DNA of 63,461 nt, the filler included, from Octopus bimaculoides (taxonomy: Eukaryota): NCBI RefSeq assembly GCF_001194135.2. It is 7 parts of 7 records of this genome, joined end to end, with 100 filler letters (N's around TTAATTAATTAA, not from the genome) between each part and the next. Parts side by side here need not be neighbours in the genome. Positions count along the whole stretch, not along the records: positions 1 to 21,644 come from NC_068989.1; 6 more parts are not named here. One strand, given 5' to 3'. The notes beneath the pieces were generated by a model that worked only from the letters and a program-made list of their open reading frames with translations, did not search any database and was not told where the DNA came from. A program made the position numbers and the translations under genes. Positions 1 to 13,360 of the stretch are shown piece by piece (position 1 is the first letter of the stretch; each line of letters starts with the position of its first letter).

Positions 1-773
1 CGGTCCAGCTTCCTAGGGCTAAACGGCAGTAGTGTATTCCATTATTGGGATTGTCACATTAAGTTGACAATATACTACAACTTTGTCGCTCCACTACTGC
101 TTAAATCTCTCTGAGAGATTTAGAAATATTATATTTCTAATATATATATATATATATACTTGGAAAGTGTTATAAAACTATGGAAAGACAGCTGTGAGTC
201 GGAAGAAATAAATTCCCTGCGATGATGGGAAGACAGTGTTAACTTCTTCCTTAGTTATGAAGCTCAGTTTAAAAGAGACTACACTTCAGATAACCCCTTC
301 CCCAAAATATCCAGAACAAATACATCTACAGAAATAAATAAACGTCCACCTAGATAAAACAATCAACATCCAAACGAAGACAAACACAGAAAACTGACCC
401 ATCGCCTAGAAGCAAACCATTGTCTTCCTAATAACAGGGACTACTCATCAATTAGAAACACTAGAAGAAACCAACCTAGAGTTAGGAGTAATTTTTTCTC
501 CCCAGGAATTAGAAACACCCAAGAGACCCCCTTCACCTCTCAATGAAGAAACTCAACCTACTGATCCTCATCCTGTTTACCCAGACAGCACAACTAGCTC
601 CCCAGCATTCCAAACATAATTAAGCACCCCAACAATTCATTCCAACTAAGAAACCCTAACCACGTGCTCCCAACCCATGCAGCAACACCAACCTCCCAGC
701 AATCCCAACATAATAAGTAATAATAATACTGACTTAGTTAATAACAATAATAACACCAATAATAACTTTTACC

Positions 774-1162
774 TGTTGTTGTTGGCACTCCGTCGCTTAC
801 GACGTCGTGGGTTCCAGTTGATCTAATCAACGGAACAGCCTGCTCGTGAAATTAACGTGGAGGTGGCTGAACACTCCACAGACACGTGAACCCTTAACGT
901 AGTTCTCGGGGATATTCAGTGTGACACAGTGTGAGAAGGCTGGCCCTTTGAATTACAGGCACAACAGAAACAGGAAGTAAGAGCGAGAGAAAGTTGTGGT
1001 GAAAGAGTACAGCAGGGTTCGCCACCATCCCCTTCAGGATCCTCGTGAAGCTTTAGGTGTTTTCGCTCAATAAACACTCACAACGCCCGGTCTGGGAATC
1101 GAAACCGCCATCCTATGACCGCGAGTCCGCTGCCCTAACCACTGGACCATTGCGCCTCCACG
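774..1162 (-). mobile_element. Full-length tRNA-derived SINE with 12-bp target-site duplication
   Basis: Minus-strand head GTGGAGGCGCAATGGTCCAGTGG...GGTTTCGATTCC (A and B boxes), (ACA)n tail, and ATAACTTTTACC at 762-773 and 1163-1174. Confidence 0.85.
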
Positions 1163-1229
1163 ATAACTTTTACCAACCAAATTACAATAAACATTTTTTA
1201 GACCGAGTGGAGAGAAACAGGGACACACG

Positions 1230-3236
1230 TTGGAACAAAACTTACAGGAGAAACCCATAGTAATTAACTTATCAAAGAAAACTCTCTCTATAACAAAAAT
1301 CAATATACTAGCCAAAGGTTTAAAGTTTACTCCAACCCCACGAAAATCTAACCATAATGAAATTAAAGACAATATTTCGGAATTCTGCAGAAAATTGCGA
1401 CTCGCAAAAGCACTAACTGACTACAACAACGAAAATGAATCACTGGTCAAAAACAGAAGTAATTACCTTCCACATAAGAGTAGGAATAAAACACTGGATG
1501 ACTTCTGCGACCATATCCAAAATTTCCCTTATACATCCAATAAACAAAAAATTAATTCCACCCTCAACAATCTAGAATGGAAAAATCTAATTGAACTACA
1601 AAACGACAAAGACCTGACAATTAAAGAAGCAGACAAAGGAAGTGCTGTAGTTCTGATGGACACAGAACACTATAAAAACCTAGTATTATCCATACTAGAA
1701 AACGAGGCCTTCTACGAAAAAGTTATAAACTATAAACAACAAAAGACAATGAAAAATCTTGCATCCTTAATTCTTCTACATGGAAAAGGCCTGACAGAAA
1801 CAGAAACAGACTACATCACGAACTTCAAATGTAAACAGTCTTTTTTACGGCCTTCCTAAAATACACAAGAGAAAACACCAGAAGAATGTAAAACCCACGG
1901 CTTAAGCAATTTTCTCGACATCCAACTGAAACCCTTGCTGAAATACATCAAAAGTTTCATTAGAGACGATTTAGACATGCTAGAACACCTACCAAAAACA
2001 ATTAATTAAGAGGCAATATTAGTTACCCTCGATGTTATCAATCTTTACACCAGCATCCCACATGACTATGGAATAAAAGCAATTAAATTCAGGTTGGAAA
2101 AGTACTCCGAAGTACTCCTGGAACGTATAAATCAGATCTTTATAACTGAATCTTTAAAATTTATACTTCAGAACAATTATTTCCTATTTGATGACAATTA
2201 CTATCGTCATAAATGCGGAATTGCGATGGGAACGAAAGCAGACCCGGTTTTTGCGAACCTAATAATAGTTTATTTTGAATTCACCTTATATGAAGTATCA
2301 CTTCAGAAATATGGTTACCTATTTTACCTTTACATAAGAGAAAATTGGAAAAGATACCTGGATGACTGTTTTATCATTTGGAAGAAAATCGACAAAATTT
2401 TGGATTTCAAATCAACACTAAATGATATAAATAGTAACATTCAATTCACAATGGAATNNNNNNNNNNNNNNNNNNNNNNNNNNNNNNNNNNNNNNNNNNN
2501 NNNNNNNNNNNNNNNNNNNNNNNNNNNNNNNNNNNNNNNNNNNNNNNNNNNNNNNNNNNNNNNNNNNNNNNNNNNNNNNNNNNNNNNNNNNNNNNNNNNN
2601 NNNNNNNNNNNNNNNNNNNNNNNNNNNNNNNNNNNNNNNNNNNNNNNNNNNNNNNNNNNNNNNNNNNNNNNNNNNNNNNNNNNNNNNNNNNNNNNNNNNN
2701 NNNNNNNNNNNNNNNNNNNNNNNNNNNNNNNNNNNNNNNNNNNNNNNNNNNNNNNNNNNNNNNNNNNNNNNNNNNNNNNNNNNNNNNNNNNNNNNNNNNN
2801 NNNNNNNNNNNNNNNNNNNNNNNNNNNNNNNNNNNNNNNNNNNNNNNNNNNNNNNNNNNNNNNNNNNNNNNNNNNNNNNNNNNNNNNNNNNNNNNNNNNN
2901 NNNNNNNNNNNNNNNNNNNNNNNNNNNNNNNNNNNNNNTACTATTTATATCAACACACAACCCCAGAAATAGTGAGGCATTCAACACTATTGTGCAAAAT
3001 CTTCCTTTACTAACTAGAGATCAAAAAAGGAACGACATCCTGAAAACGCACAAACTCATCAAATGCAAAAAGCAACACAAATCACTAAAGAGACTGCTAG
3101 CAAATGCAAAGCTTTACAAAACAACTACGAAACCAACAGTTAAAAGATGTGGACCCCCAAACTGTGAAACCTGCCCCAACTTACTTGAAGGCTCGGATTT
3201 CCTTTTCAAACAAGGACAGAGGTTCACAATTAAAAC
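1230..3236 (+). mobile_element. Penelope-like element 1 (decayed RT plus start of GIY-YIG region); AC-rich 5' part probably extends to about 160
   Basis: INLS...KGLKFTPTP, TIKEADKGSAVV, GIAMGT, RYLDDCFIIW and C-terminal CGPPNCETCP, with frameshifts and a gap at 2458-2938. Confidence 0.88.
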
Positions 3237-3239
3237 TAG

Positions 3240-3990
3240 CTATATAAATTATTTAATTTTTCTTCTTCTCCTACATTTTGTTGATGTGATTCATGTTGCC
3301 TTTCATGAAAATTAACATACTAAAATTTTCACCAGACAAGGATCTCTTGGCACTCGAGATGTCCTTGCCCATGGAAAATAAGCGTACACTTTCAGCACTG
3401 GAAGGGATGGCGGTGTTGAACTTGATGAACAAGTCTACCAACACTTGCTCACTCAAGAAGGCAGATCTTTGGTGTTGATCTCCAACCAGGTCTTTACTAA
3501 ATTCAGGGCCTTGTCCTTCAGTGACCTGTAGTTTCCGCTCTCTGCCTTTTTGGGTGACATCACTGAAGAAGTCACCCTCCACCTCTTCGTTGTTGCTGCT
3601 TCCACTGTTGCTGCTCACTTCCTCAGACTGCTACTTCATGGCCTCCTTGACCTTATCCTCCATGCTTCTCCTCACCTTGGCGAACTTGGTGCTATCATAC
3701 CTATACAACCAGATAAGGCGAAACCTGGGGTGGAAGGTACCAGCCAGTTGGCATTCCTCATCGTCCAGGAGGGTCGCAAACTTTTTGTCAATGCCTGCCA
3801 AAACTGTGTCGACGAGTTTTGGGTTAGCGGACTAACTGCGGTTAACGGATTTGAGTCAACGGAAGCTAAATGTAACGGAAGTTGATTAGTCCGATAATGA
3901 TTTTGAAAGTTAACTTAAAAGTTAAATCGTTAACGAAGATGTTAACTTCGTTAATTAACGATTAACGGATTAATGGACTTACGCCCATTA
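3240..3990 (-). mobile_element. hAT transposon derivative (transposase C-terminal dimerisation region)
   Basis: LFIKFNTAIPSSAESVRLFSMGKDISSAKRSLSGENFSMLIFMKGN matches the hAT dimerisation motif; upstream LAGTFHPRF. It truncates Penelope element 1. Confidence 0.75.
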
Positions 3991-4300
3991 TTCCCAGTTC
4001 AGTCTCATTGCGTGGAACCTTGGTCAAGTGTCTTCTACTATATCATGAGGCTAACTAAAACCCTCTGAGTAGATTTGGCAGGTGGAAACTGAAAGAAGCC
4101 CACCATATATATATGTGTGTGTGAGTGTTTGTCTCTGCCACTATCGCTTGACAACCGATGCTGGTGTGCTTACGTTCCCGTACGTTAGCGGTTCGGCAAA
4201 ACCGATTGATAGAATAAGTACTAGTCTCACAAACAATAAGTCCTGAGGTCGACTTGTTCGACTAAAACACCTTAAGGTGGTGCTCCAGCATGGCCATAAT
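3991..4300 (+). mobile_element. tRNA-derived SINE (family B in this window), 5' truncated
   Basis: Shares ...aagtgtcttctactata...actgaaagaagccc...cgcttgacaaccgatgctggtg...gctccagcatggcc with the copies at 39860, 44500 and 49881. Confidence 0.8.
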
Positions 4301-4406
4301 CAAATAATAGACACAAATAAAAGGATAAAAGAATGTGTGTGTATATATATATATAAGTTCAACATAAGTTTAGTTATATATTCTTTTAGAATATTACTTA
4401 TAAAAG

Positions 4407-4444
<38 letters not shown>

Positions 4445-4670
4445 NNNNNNNNNNNNNNNNNNNNNNNNNNNNNNNNNNNNNNNNNNNNNNNNNNNNTTAT
4501 TATTTAGTTGAACGCCACGCATCCATTTCCAAGTAGGTTTATCTTCACCTTTTTGGTGCGACTCTCCTTTCTATACTGTTATCTTCTTCCATTCTTCTCT
4601 AATTCCCTTTTCTCGCCCTCCCTCCTTCACTGTTGTCTTCTATCTGTCTCTCTTTCCCCCTCTTCCTCTT

Positions 4671-4724
<54 letters not shown>

Positions 4725-5172
4725 CTCACACGTGACAATCGTCCATCTTTCTTTTCCTCACGTGTCCATCTTTCTTTTCTTGCACGAACGTTCAAAAAAG
4801 CAGACGTTTTTTTTCTCCGTCTTCTATCTTTTCTCTTTTCAAAAAAATATTTCTAACAGCGTTCACTATTTTCCTCTCGTTGTGGTCTAACGATGTTCCA
4901 TGTTTGTTTTCGTTCGGTTTCCTTGTATGTCTCCATTGTCATGTTTTTGTTCCCAATTTTATTTTATAATTCATGGGAACAACTGTCTTTGAAGACTCAT
5001 ATTGTCGTTGAATGCTCGAAATGAGGAGTACATAGACAGTCGACAACTGATGAAGGGTCCTTTCTGTGTTTATTTGTCCTGTTCTCCATTTTCTCGTTGT
5101 TTATGAATTTAACCCGTTTGTTCACGTATTTGGTGTTGTTTGAACCATTGGTGATGTCCTGTACCCATATAT

Positions 5173-5574
5173 GTGTTTAGAGTGTCGGGCTCACAACCAT
5201 GCGGTAGTGAGTTCGATTTCCGCACCGGGCTGTATGATATTGTTACGATCAGGCAAATTCTTATATATAAAAGGGGTGAACTTCTGAACGCAACAACAGA
5301 AATTGTACAATCAGTGAAATAATATTCAAAGATGAAATTATGTAACAAAGAATTTCATATCCAGTCCTCGATTGTTCAAAGGTAGGTGGTAAACCGTCCG
5401 ATCCGTATGCGGCTCTCGTATTTTGTACTATCCACGCATTGCCATTTCTGTATTCTTAACTCTCCCCCGTTCGATTTTCCTTTTCTCCTTTTTCACAGGA
5501 AGTAAACGAGATTACCTGTCTCATTCGATAACATGAAGTAAACGAGATTACCTGTCTCGTTCCTTGCTCACTTC

Positions 5575-5614
<40 letters not shown>

Positions 5615-5624
5615 NNNNNNNNNN

Positions 5625-5662
<38 letters not shown>

Positions 5663-6068
5663 CAAATCTACGTCATTTCAACTCTGCCCAAAATGTCGTT
5701 ATATATCTCTCATCACAAACGCTTATCTCTCCTCATTCAGAAAACATTGGAAGTTCTCTTCCTTCATTATATTTTCTCGTTATTTGCACTGATTATAAAT
5801 ATACATAACAATATCTTTTAGAGCAAGGCACAATACTTCACGTTGCTCCAGTTCAATCAGCTGTAGAAATGAGTTGCGACGACACTAGTGCCAGGTTGTA
5901 TCGGCCTTTGCCTTTCCCTTGGATAACAACGGTGGTGTGCGGAGTGAAGGCTAGTATGAATGGGAGACTGCTAGTCTTCTGTAAACAGCCTTGCTTGGAC
6001 TTGTGCCGCGGAGAGGAAGTTTCTAGGTGCAATCCCACGGTAATTCATGACCGAAGGGGATCGTTACC
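5173..6068 (+). mobile_element. tRNA-derived SINE (family C) split by a solo LTR (SINE parts 5173-5240 and 5811-6068)
   Basis: Head and body align collinearly with the intact copy at 62133-62483 once 5241-5810 is removed. Confidence 0.75.
5241..5810. mobile_element. Probable solo LTR with 4-bp TSD
   Basis: Termini TGTTA...TAACA, ATAT at 5237-5240 and 5811-5814, internal TATATAAAAG and a 24-bp internal direct repeat. Confidence 0.65.
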
Positions 6069-7114
6069 GTTATGTATGTATGTATGTATGTATGTATGTA
6101 TGTATGTATGTATGTATGTATGTATGTATGTAGGAGAATGTACGAAAAAAACAGCAACAGACGAGGACAGGTGGTGTAAACAACAAAAGGATGTATTAGT
6201 ATGACGCTCGGGAATACGGAAAGTNNNNNNNNNNNNNNNNNNNNNNNNNNNNNNNNNNNNNNNNNNNNNNNNNNNNNNNNNNNNNNNNNNNNNNNNNNNN
6301 NNNNNNNNNNNNNNNNNNNNNNNNNNNNNNNNNNNNNNNNNNNNNNNNNNNNNNNNNNNNNNNNNNNNNNNNNNNNNNNNNNNNNNNNNNNNNNNNNNNN
6401 NNNNNNNNNNNNNNNNNNNNNNNNNNNNNNNNNNNNNNNNNNNNNNNNNNNNNNNNNNNNNNNNNNNNNNNNNNNNNNNNNNNNNNNNNNNNNNNNNNNN
6501 NNNNNNNNNNNNNNNNNNNNNNNNNNNNNNNNNNNNNNNNNNNNNNNNNNNNNNNNNNNNNNNNNNNNNNNNNNNNNNNNNNNNNNNNNNNNNNNNNNNN
6601 NNNNNNNNNNNNNNNNNNNNNNNNNNNNNNNNNNNNNNNNNNNNNNNNNNNNNNNNNNNNNNNNNNNNNNNNNNNNNNNNNNNNNNNNNNNNNNNNNNNN
6701 NNNNNNNNNNNNNNNNNNNNNNNNNNNNNNNNNNNNNNNNNNNNNNNNNNNNNNNNNNNNNNNNNNNNNNNNNNNNNNNNNNNNNNNNNNNNNNNNNNNN
6801 NNNNNNNNNNNNNNNNNNNNNNNNNNNNNNNNNNNNNNNNNNNNNNNNNNNNNNNNNNNNNNNNNNNNNNNNNNNNNNNNNNNNNNNNNNNNNNNNNNNN
6901 NNNNNNNNNNNNNNNNNNNNNNNNNNNNNNNNNNNNNNNNNNNNNNNNNNNNNNNNNNNNNNNNNNNNNNNNNNNNNNNNNNAGAGAGACAGACAGACAG
7001 GCAGACAGGACAAATAATGCAATATGTAGAAAAGGTTAATACATAGGGCGTCAACTTCTTTATATAAGAAATGTTATCATAAAATCTTCCATTTATCCTG
7101 AGGTGAACAAGCAT

Positions 7115-7164
<50 letters not shown>

Positions 7165-7234
7165 TTGTGTTTGTGTGTGTGTGCGTATACATATAAGCAT
7201 ATATAAACATGAATGTGAGTACACATACATGCGC

Positions 7235-7285
<51 letters not shown>

Positions 7286-7987
7286 ATTTCGTTTCCGTGT
7301 TTGTTTTGTAAGATCCTTAATGTGAAATCAAATGTTGATGTAGATATACCTCAAAAGAATCATGTTACCAATAGCATCATTTAAATGTACGCAATATAAA
7401 GTTGAGAGCTATTAACAGTTTCTTCCTGTGAAGACACACGACTGGGCACATTTTTTGAACACGCTTTGTGTTTCCACATGTGTCTGAGCACATGGTTTGT
7501 TCTATTTAAAAATCAGAACGTTGTTATATAAATATAACGGGGAAAAAAAGCGAGAAGAAGGCTGATGCAAAAAGTGGAACAGTGAATATAAACGGTAAAA
7601 GAAAAGCAAAAATGAGATAGCTGCTCAATACGAAGACGATGGTGTTCTCCGAGACAGCTGCTCAATACGGAGAGGGTGGTGTGCTTCGGTTCGCTAAAAG
7701 ACATTTCGGATCTGGAATTAAGAAGCGCAATGAAGTTCTTAGATCCATTTATATACAGCATGGATTCCTCTACATTTCTCCACTGGATTGTGGTAATTTT
7801 GCATGTATGTATGTATGTATGTATGTATGTATGTATGTATGTATGTATGTATGTATGTGTGAGCATCTAGTGTCGTTGGAATGTTGATCTCACTTCTAAC
7901 AATGTGAATAAGTGATAAATGCGGCTTTTGAATCGTTTTAACTCTTATTTCTAACAATACTGGCACTATCTTGTACTCTGATTGTCC

Positions 7988-8019
<32 letters not shown>

Positions 8020-8776
8020 GTATGTATATAAATTCTCACATTACCATTTTGCTGAATCAGTCATTGATCCATATGGTAGTATTATATACTGTCAAGTAGA
8101 ATTTAGCTTAACCATCACTACAGACGAGCTTTAATTCCAAGCGAAACTAGCATATATATATATATATGCGAGTAAAAATAAATACACAAAAAGGGGGTTT
8201 GTATGATTGTGTATAGAGGAATATATTATTTTGTTTAAAAGAGTTCCAACACTGTCTGTTTTTTATGTTTTATTTATATTCCTGCAAAACCAATGTGGGA
8301 TATAGAATATGGAATATACAATATATAATATAATATACAATATATAATATAAAATAAAAATGGATGGTACAATGAAATAAAGTATTGAATGTCTTATTGA
8401 ATATATGGAATATGTTGAATAGATATATTGAATATATTGAATAGATGAAATATTGAGTTTTCAATATAAAGGATTAAATATATAAAGGCGAATACGTATT
8501 TTCTATACCGTGTGGTATTTCATCATGGCCGGTATGACAGAAACCTGGAACAGCCATTCGTTGTTCGCAGAAAAAGTTCATATTCCGGGTTTTCGTATTC
8601 CATGTTGTTTCGTATTCCATATTGTTTACGTTCTGTGGTATCCTGTGCCCATATATGCATGTTTATATACATATATGTACGTATGAATGCATATATTTCT
8701 ATATATCATTTATATTATTATATGATTGAACACGCCACGCATCCATTTCCAAGTAAGTTTTCTCTCTCTCTCAACA

Positions 8777-8869
<93 letters not shown>

Positions 8870-9516
8870 TACTGAAATTTATTAATCATTGACAAATTCG
8901 GCGTAACAACCAAGAGTTATTTGACGCAGTAAAATTAGAAAATTTATGCAATTGGAAATACTAATGCTATGAGTAAACCACTCAATGACCTACCTGGGTA
9001 GTCATTCCCGCGGTCTGTATATGTGTTGGTGTGTGTGTGCGTGGGTGCACGTCTGTGTATATGTGTGTGAGCGTTAGCGTTTCTGGGAGTATGTAATTAT
9101 GTGTACCTCTAATTCGATGATTATTTCACTCCTGGAACATGTCAGAATGAACTTTGATGGTACATTCTGGGTCATCAAAACAACACATCCAAGTTTACTT
9201 GGACGTGCAGGCTTAATATACTTCTATATTCTGTGTGTGCGTGTCTGTGTGTGTGTTTATGTGTGTGAGTGTGTGTGCGTGCGCAAGTGTGCGTGTCTGC
9301 ATGCGTGTGTGTACGGGACCTTGTATGTTATTTATTGTGAATAAATAACATAACTCAGGGCCAGCGTTTGGTGGGTTTTCAACTTACAGAAATCTTTATT
9401 TTAACTAAATATATCTTATCTATATTTATTCAAACGTTTATATGTATGAATATATATATATGTACGCATGTATGTATATTTATGTATGCATATATATGTA
9501 TATGTGTATGTATCTT

Positions 9517-9573
<57 letters not shown>

Positions 9574-9655
9574 NNNNNNNNNNNNNNNNNNNNNNNNNNN
9601 NNNNNNNNNNNNNNNNNNNNNNNNNNNNNNNNNNNNNNNNNNNNNNNNNNNNNNN

Positions 9656-9712
<57 letters not shown>

Positions 9713-10134
9713 CGCACACATTTAGTAAAGGGCAAAGAAACAAATAAAAACTGATAATGAAGTATTTGTGGAGTACAGATTGAAAGAACAGAATAAGTAG
9801 GTTATAGACAGAAAAATCATTGGAAGTAAATAATATTTAGCTGATATAAAGTAGATTCGGCGTGCTCGAAAGACAGAGAGAAAGAAAGAAGAAAATAGAG
9901 AGAATTTTAATTTTAATGAGATAAGGGAAATATAAAAAGAAAATAAATATAAATTTTATTTAGCAAATTTATTAATTTGTTCGATGTGAAATGAATAACT
10001 AATTTTATCTGTTTACTGGTAGAAATTTTATTTCTTTGCGGGTGTGTGAGAAAAAATTTCTGTTGTCACAAAACCTGAAATTTTGTGGGAAGAGAATTGT
10101 TGATTTGACCGGCTCCACTGTTAAACTTGTTCTA

Positions 10135-10500
10135 CTTTTATTGGTTTCAAATTTTGGCACAAGGCCACCAATTTCGGGGTGGGGGTAAGTAGGTTACATC
10201 GACCCCTGTCATTAACTGGTACTTATTTTATCGACCCCGAAAGGGTGAAAGACAAAAACGACCTCGACGGAATTTGAACTCAGAATGTAAAGTCGGATGG
10301 AATGCTGCTAAGAATTTTACCTAGCGTGTTAACATTTCTGCCAGCTCATCACCTTTTCGGTTCTTATTTTATCGATCCCGAAAGGATGAAAGACAAAGTA
10401 AACCTCGGCGGAATTTGAACTCAGAGCATAAAGACAAACGAAATACCGCTATGCAATTTGTTCGGCGAGCCAACGATTCTACCTGTTTCCCACCTTTACG
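10135..10500 (-). mobile_element. Two head-to-tail SINE copies (family D)
   Basis: Repeated cttattttatcgacccc...gaatttgaactcaga...ctgccagct blocks; tRNA-like head on the minus strand. Confidence 0.75.
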
Positions 10501-11312
10501 AGGAATATGAATATTTCAATGAACGACAATAAGAAATAACAGCTTCCTAATTAGTTATGTGACCATTAAAAGTGATACACTGAAATCTTTCCATAATGCT
10601 TAAATGAGAAGTTAGTGGATTCAATAGAGCTATTGACAAAATGGCTTTCAGCATTTAATTATGTCTATTCATGATCTGATTTCAAATCTTGCCAAAATTA
10701 ATGTTATTATTCCTCCTGTAGTCGATAAGCATAAAGCACCCCTGAAATATAATGATCGCTCTAATTGGCTATACACATCTTCCAAATGTGAAGCTTAAGG
10801 CAGTGATAAAAATCAACACATAACGCTAGCGTGTGATGAATGGCAGAAACATAGAACTATAGATTATATGATGACTTGCAAATTTATTCTTAATACGTTC
10901 CGTCATATTCGAACAAGAATATTCTAATCGCTATTGTGTTTCGTCAAGAAGAACAGCTTTACCTTTACAACAAATATGTATTTATAAAACACTCGATTCA
11001 TTAATATAAGGGATTCAGGGACATTCGTTGTTTCGATGTTGTTGTGCTTCCTCAGTCAAAAGTACCCCTGTAAGCCACGAACCTAACAAAAATCAACTGT
11101 TTTGCTTATAATACCGGCGTAGAAACCGTTCACTAATAACAGTCAACTGATAAAAAAAATAAAATGTCATATGCAGGGTGAACAGAAAGATTTAAAACGA
11201 TGACGTGCATATTTATTCTTAATTTGTTCGGGCATATTTAAGGCACCAGCTAGAAATAAATTTCAATCAAATTTCAATCAAATCACACATATTACACTCA
11301 TTAGATAATGTA

Positions 11313-11560
11313 TTGGGTTGGTGCATAATTATTGTGGCTTTTTTCGACAAATTGTAATCAACAAAAACAATAACAATATGAAACAGAAACATCTTTAAAT
11401 GATTACTCCGAAACATATTGACCATCTACTTCAATTGCTGCTTCCCATTTGCTTTGCAGACGGTCAGACCGTCATTTAAAGATGTGTTTGTTAAATACTG
11501 TTGCTTTTGTTGAATAAAATTTGTTGAAAAAAAAGCCGCAATAGTTCCATTCACTCCATG
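11313..11560. mobile_element. Mariner-derived MITE or deletion derivative
   Basis: TA-TTGGGTTGGTGCATAATTATTGTGGCTTTT left TIR (Hsmar/MADE-like), degenerate right TIR AAAAAAGCCGCAATA, and internal minus-strand LQSKWEAAIEVDGQYV resembling a mariner C-terminus. Confidence 0.65.
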
Positions 11561-12949
11561 TATCTGGTCGACTTCTGCAGACAAAAAACAAAAAAATCGA
11601 ATGATGTCTTTCCATATTTATTTTTGGAGTGTAGTTGATCGAATTCCCATAGTAATGTTATTGAGCCGGAAAGGATGAAATGTGAAACTGAGACTCGCTC
11701 ATATTTGAATTAAGAACATAATATAGAGGAAGTAAATACATAATATAGAGTAAGTCAAACCGCGATTCGATTATTTCTGTCACACTTCACCCTCCGTCAC
11801 TCAACTATTTTTATCACGCTTCTCCACTCCATCTTCTAAAGTTTTTGTCACTCCTACCTTTGGTCATTCTTCTGTTTTTTTTTGTTTTGTTTTTTTGTGA
11901 TGGGGCGAGTAATGTAAAATTCATTCGAAACAAAAACGACGCAATACTGCACTACATATACATAATATTCTATAATGTTGTCAATCTCTTGAGGATGTTT
12001 AACATTCCTCACTGGCTATGTCTTCTTCCTATTTTGGTATTTTAAAAATAAAATACGGCTTTTATCCTGGTGCTTTTAACTGAAGTTAACGGGCGACAAA
12101 GAAAAACACATGCATTGTTTTGCAAGAATACGGTTCATGCGAATCCCCAAACCCTACTTTCAGTAACGTGACATGTTTAATAGATATATATTATCATACG
12201 CCACACAGAAATAAATAAATTTTAAAAACAACTTCCATGCGACACTCCCTTCTTTATAAAATATATTGAGGTCATTCCTGTACACTATCTCTCCATCATC
12301 TCTTTCCACCACCTCGTAATGTTATCTGAAAATAACATACGAACACACAATGGCACACCTTACAAGTAAATAAATCTTCTAAAGTAAATAATATAAAGAA
12401 AACTTATGTTAGAATACGATCATAGTGCAAGAGGTTTTGTTCAAACTTATCAAATTTTCTTTAAACGTTCTTAACTTGTATTCAAAAGTCACTTCAAACA
12501 TTCATCTGAATACTTCAAAATCTGGGATACATTCCTTCTACACGGGAATAGTATAACGAAATGAAGGTTTGCTAACCTCTTTAACAACGGCACTTATAAT
12601 CCAAAAGCTCTCTAGAGAAGAAAACAGTATACCCACACAAGTGACTATACCGATATATACTTTTAATTGCATTTTTTACGTTCATATTAACATTGTCTCA
12701 AGTCCTACATATTTTAGACATTTAGTATGTAATCATAAAGAATTACACATTTTACACACACAAAAAATCACGTCGATAGGCTTTGTATTATATACAGAGA
12801 CAGTCCAACATAAAAGGATAAAGACCCCTTATGTCATGAATGACCATTGGATTGCACCTAGAAAGTTACTATCGGATATACAAGTCCGGGCAAGGGTTGT
12901 TTATAGAAGACCAGCTGTCGCCCACTGCTAGTTTAAAAGAAGAACAAAA

Positions 12950-13360
12950 ATGCATAGCGATATTTATTCCGGCTCTTTACGTTCAGAGTTCAAATCCCAC
13001 CATGGTTGACTTCGCCTTTCATCATTTTGGAGTCGATAAAATAATTACCAAATGAGCACTGGTATCAGTACAATCAAATAGCTCCCCCCTCCAAAATTTC
13101 AGGCCTTGCATCTATAGCAGAAAGGATTAGTAGTATTATTAGTATTATTATTGTTTTTGTTGTTGTTATTGTTGTTGTTGCTCAGCGGCATTTCTTCCGA
13201 CATTACGTTCTGAATTCAAATGCCGCCGAAGTCGCCATTGCTTTTCATCCTTTCGTGGTCGATAAAATAAGTACTCTTTGAGCTGTGAAATCGGTGTAGT
13301 CGACTAGCCTAAGATTTTGTCTAAGATTTCAGTCCTTGTGCCTTTCGTAGAAAAGATCAT
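12950..13360 (+). mobile_element. Two decayed family D SINE copies separated by (TTA/TTG)n
   Basis: ttcaaat...gcctttcatc...gtcgataaaataa motif occurs twice. Confidence 0.65.

Noticed and set aside
6023-7210. Long ORFs in the track (also about 16.0-17.0, 17.6-18.4, 23.1-23.9, 28.6-29.5, 32.9-33.9 and 52.3-53.3 kb)
   Set aside because: They are open only because they run through N gaps and dinucleotide repeats.
11845-12045. Signal-peptide-like ORF MSLLPLVILLFFFVLFFCDG
   Set aside because: It starts at TTG, its hydrophobicity comes from a T-rich run, and it has no downstream domain or splice support.
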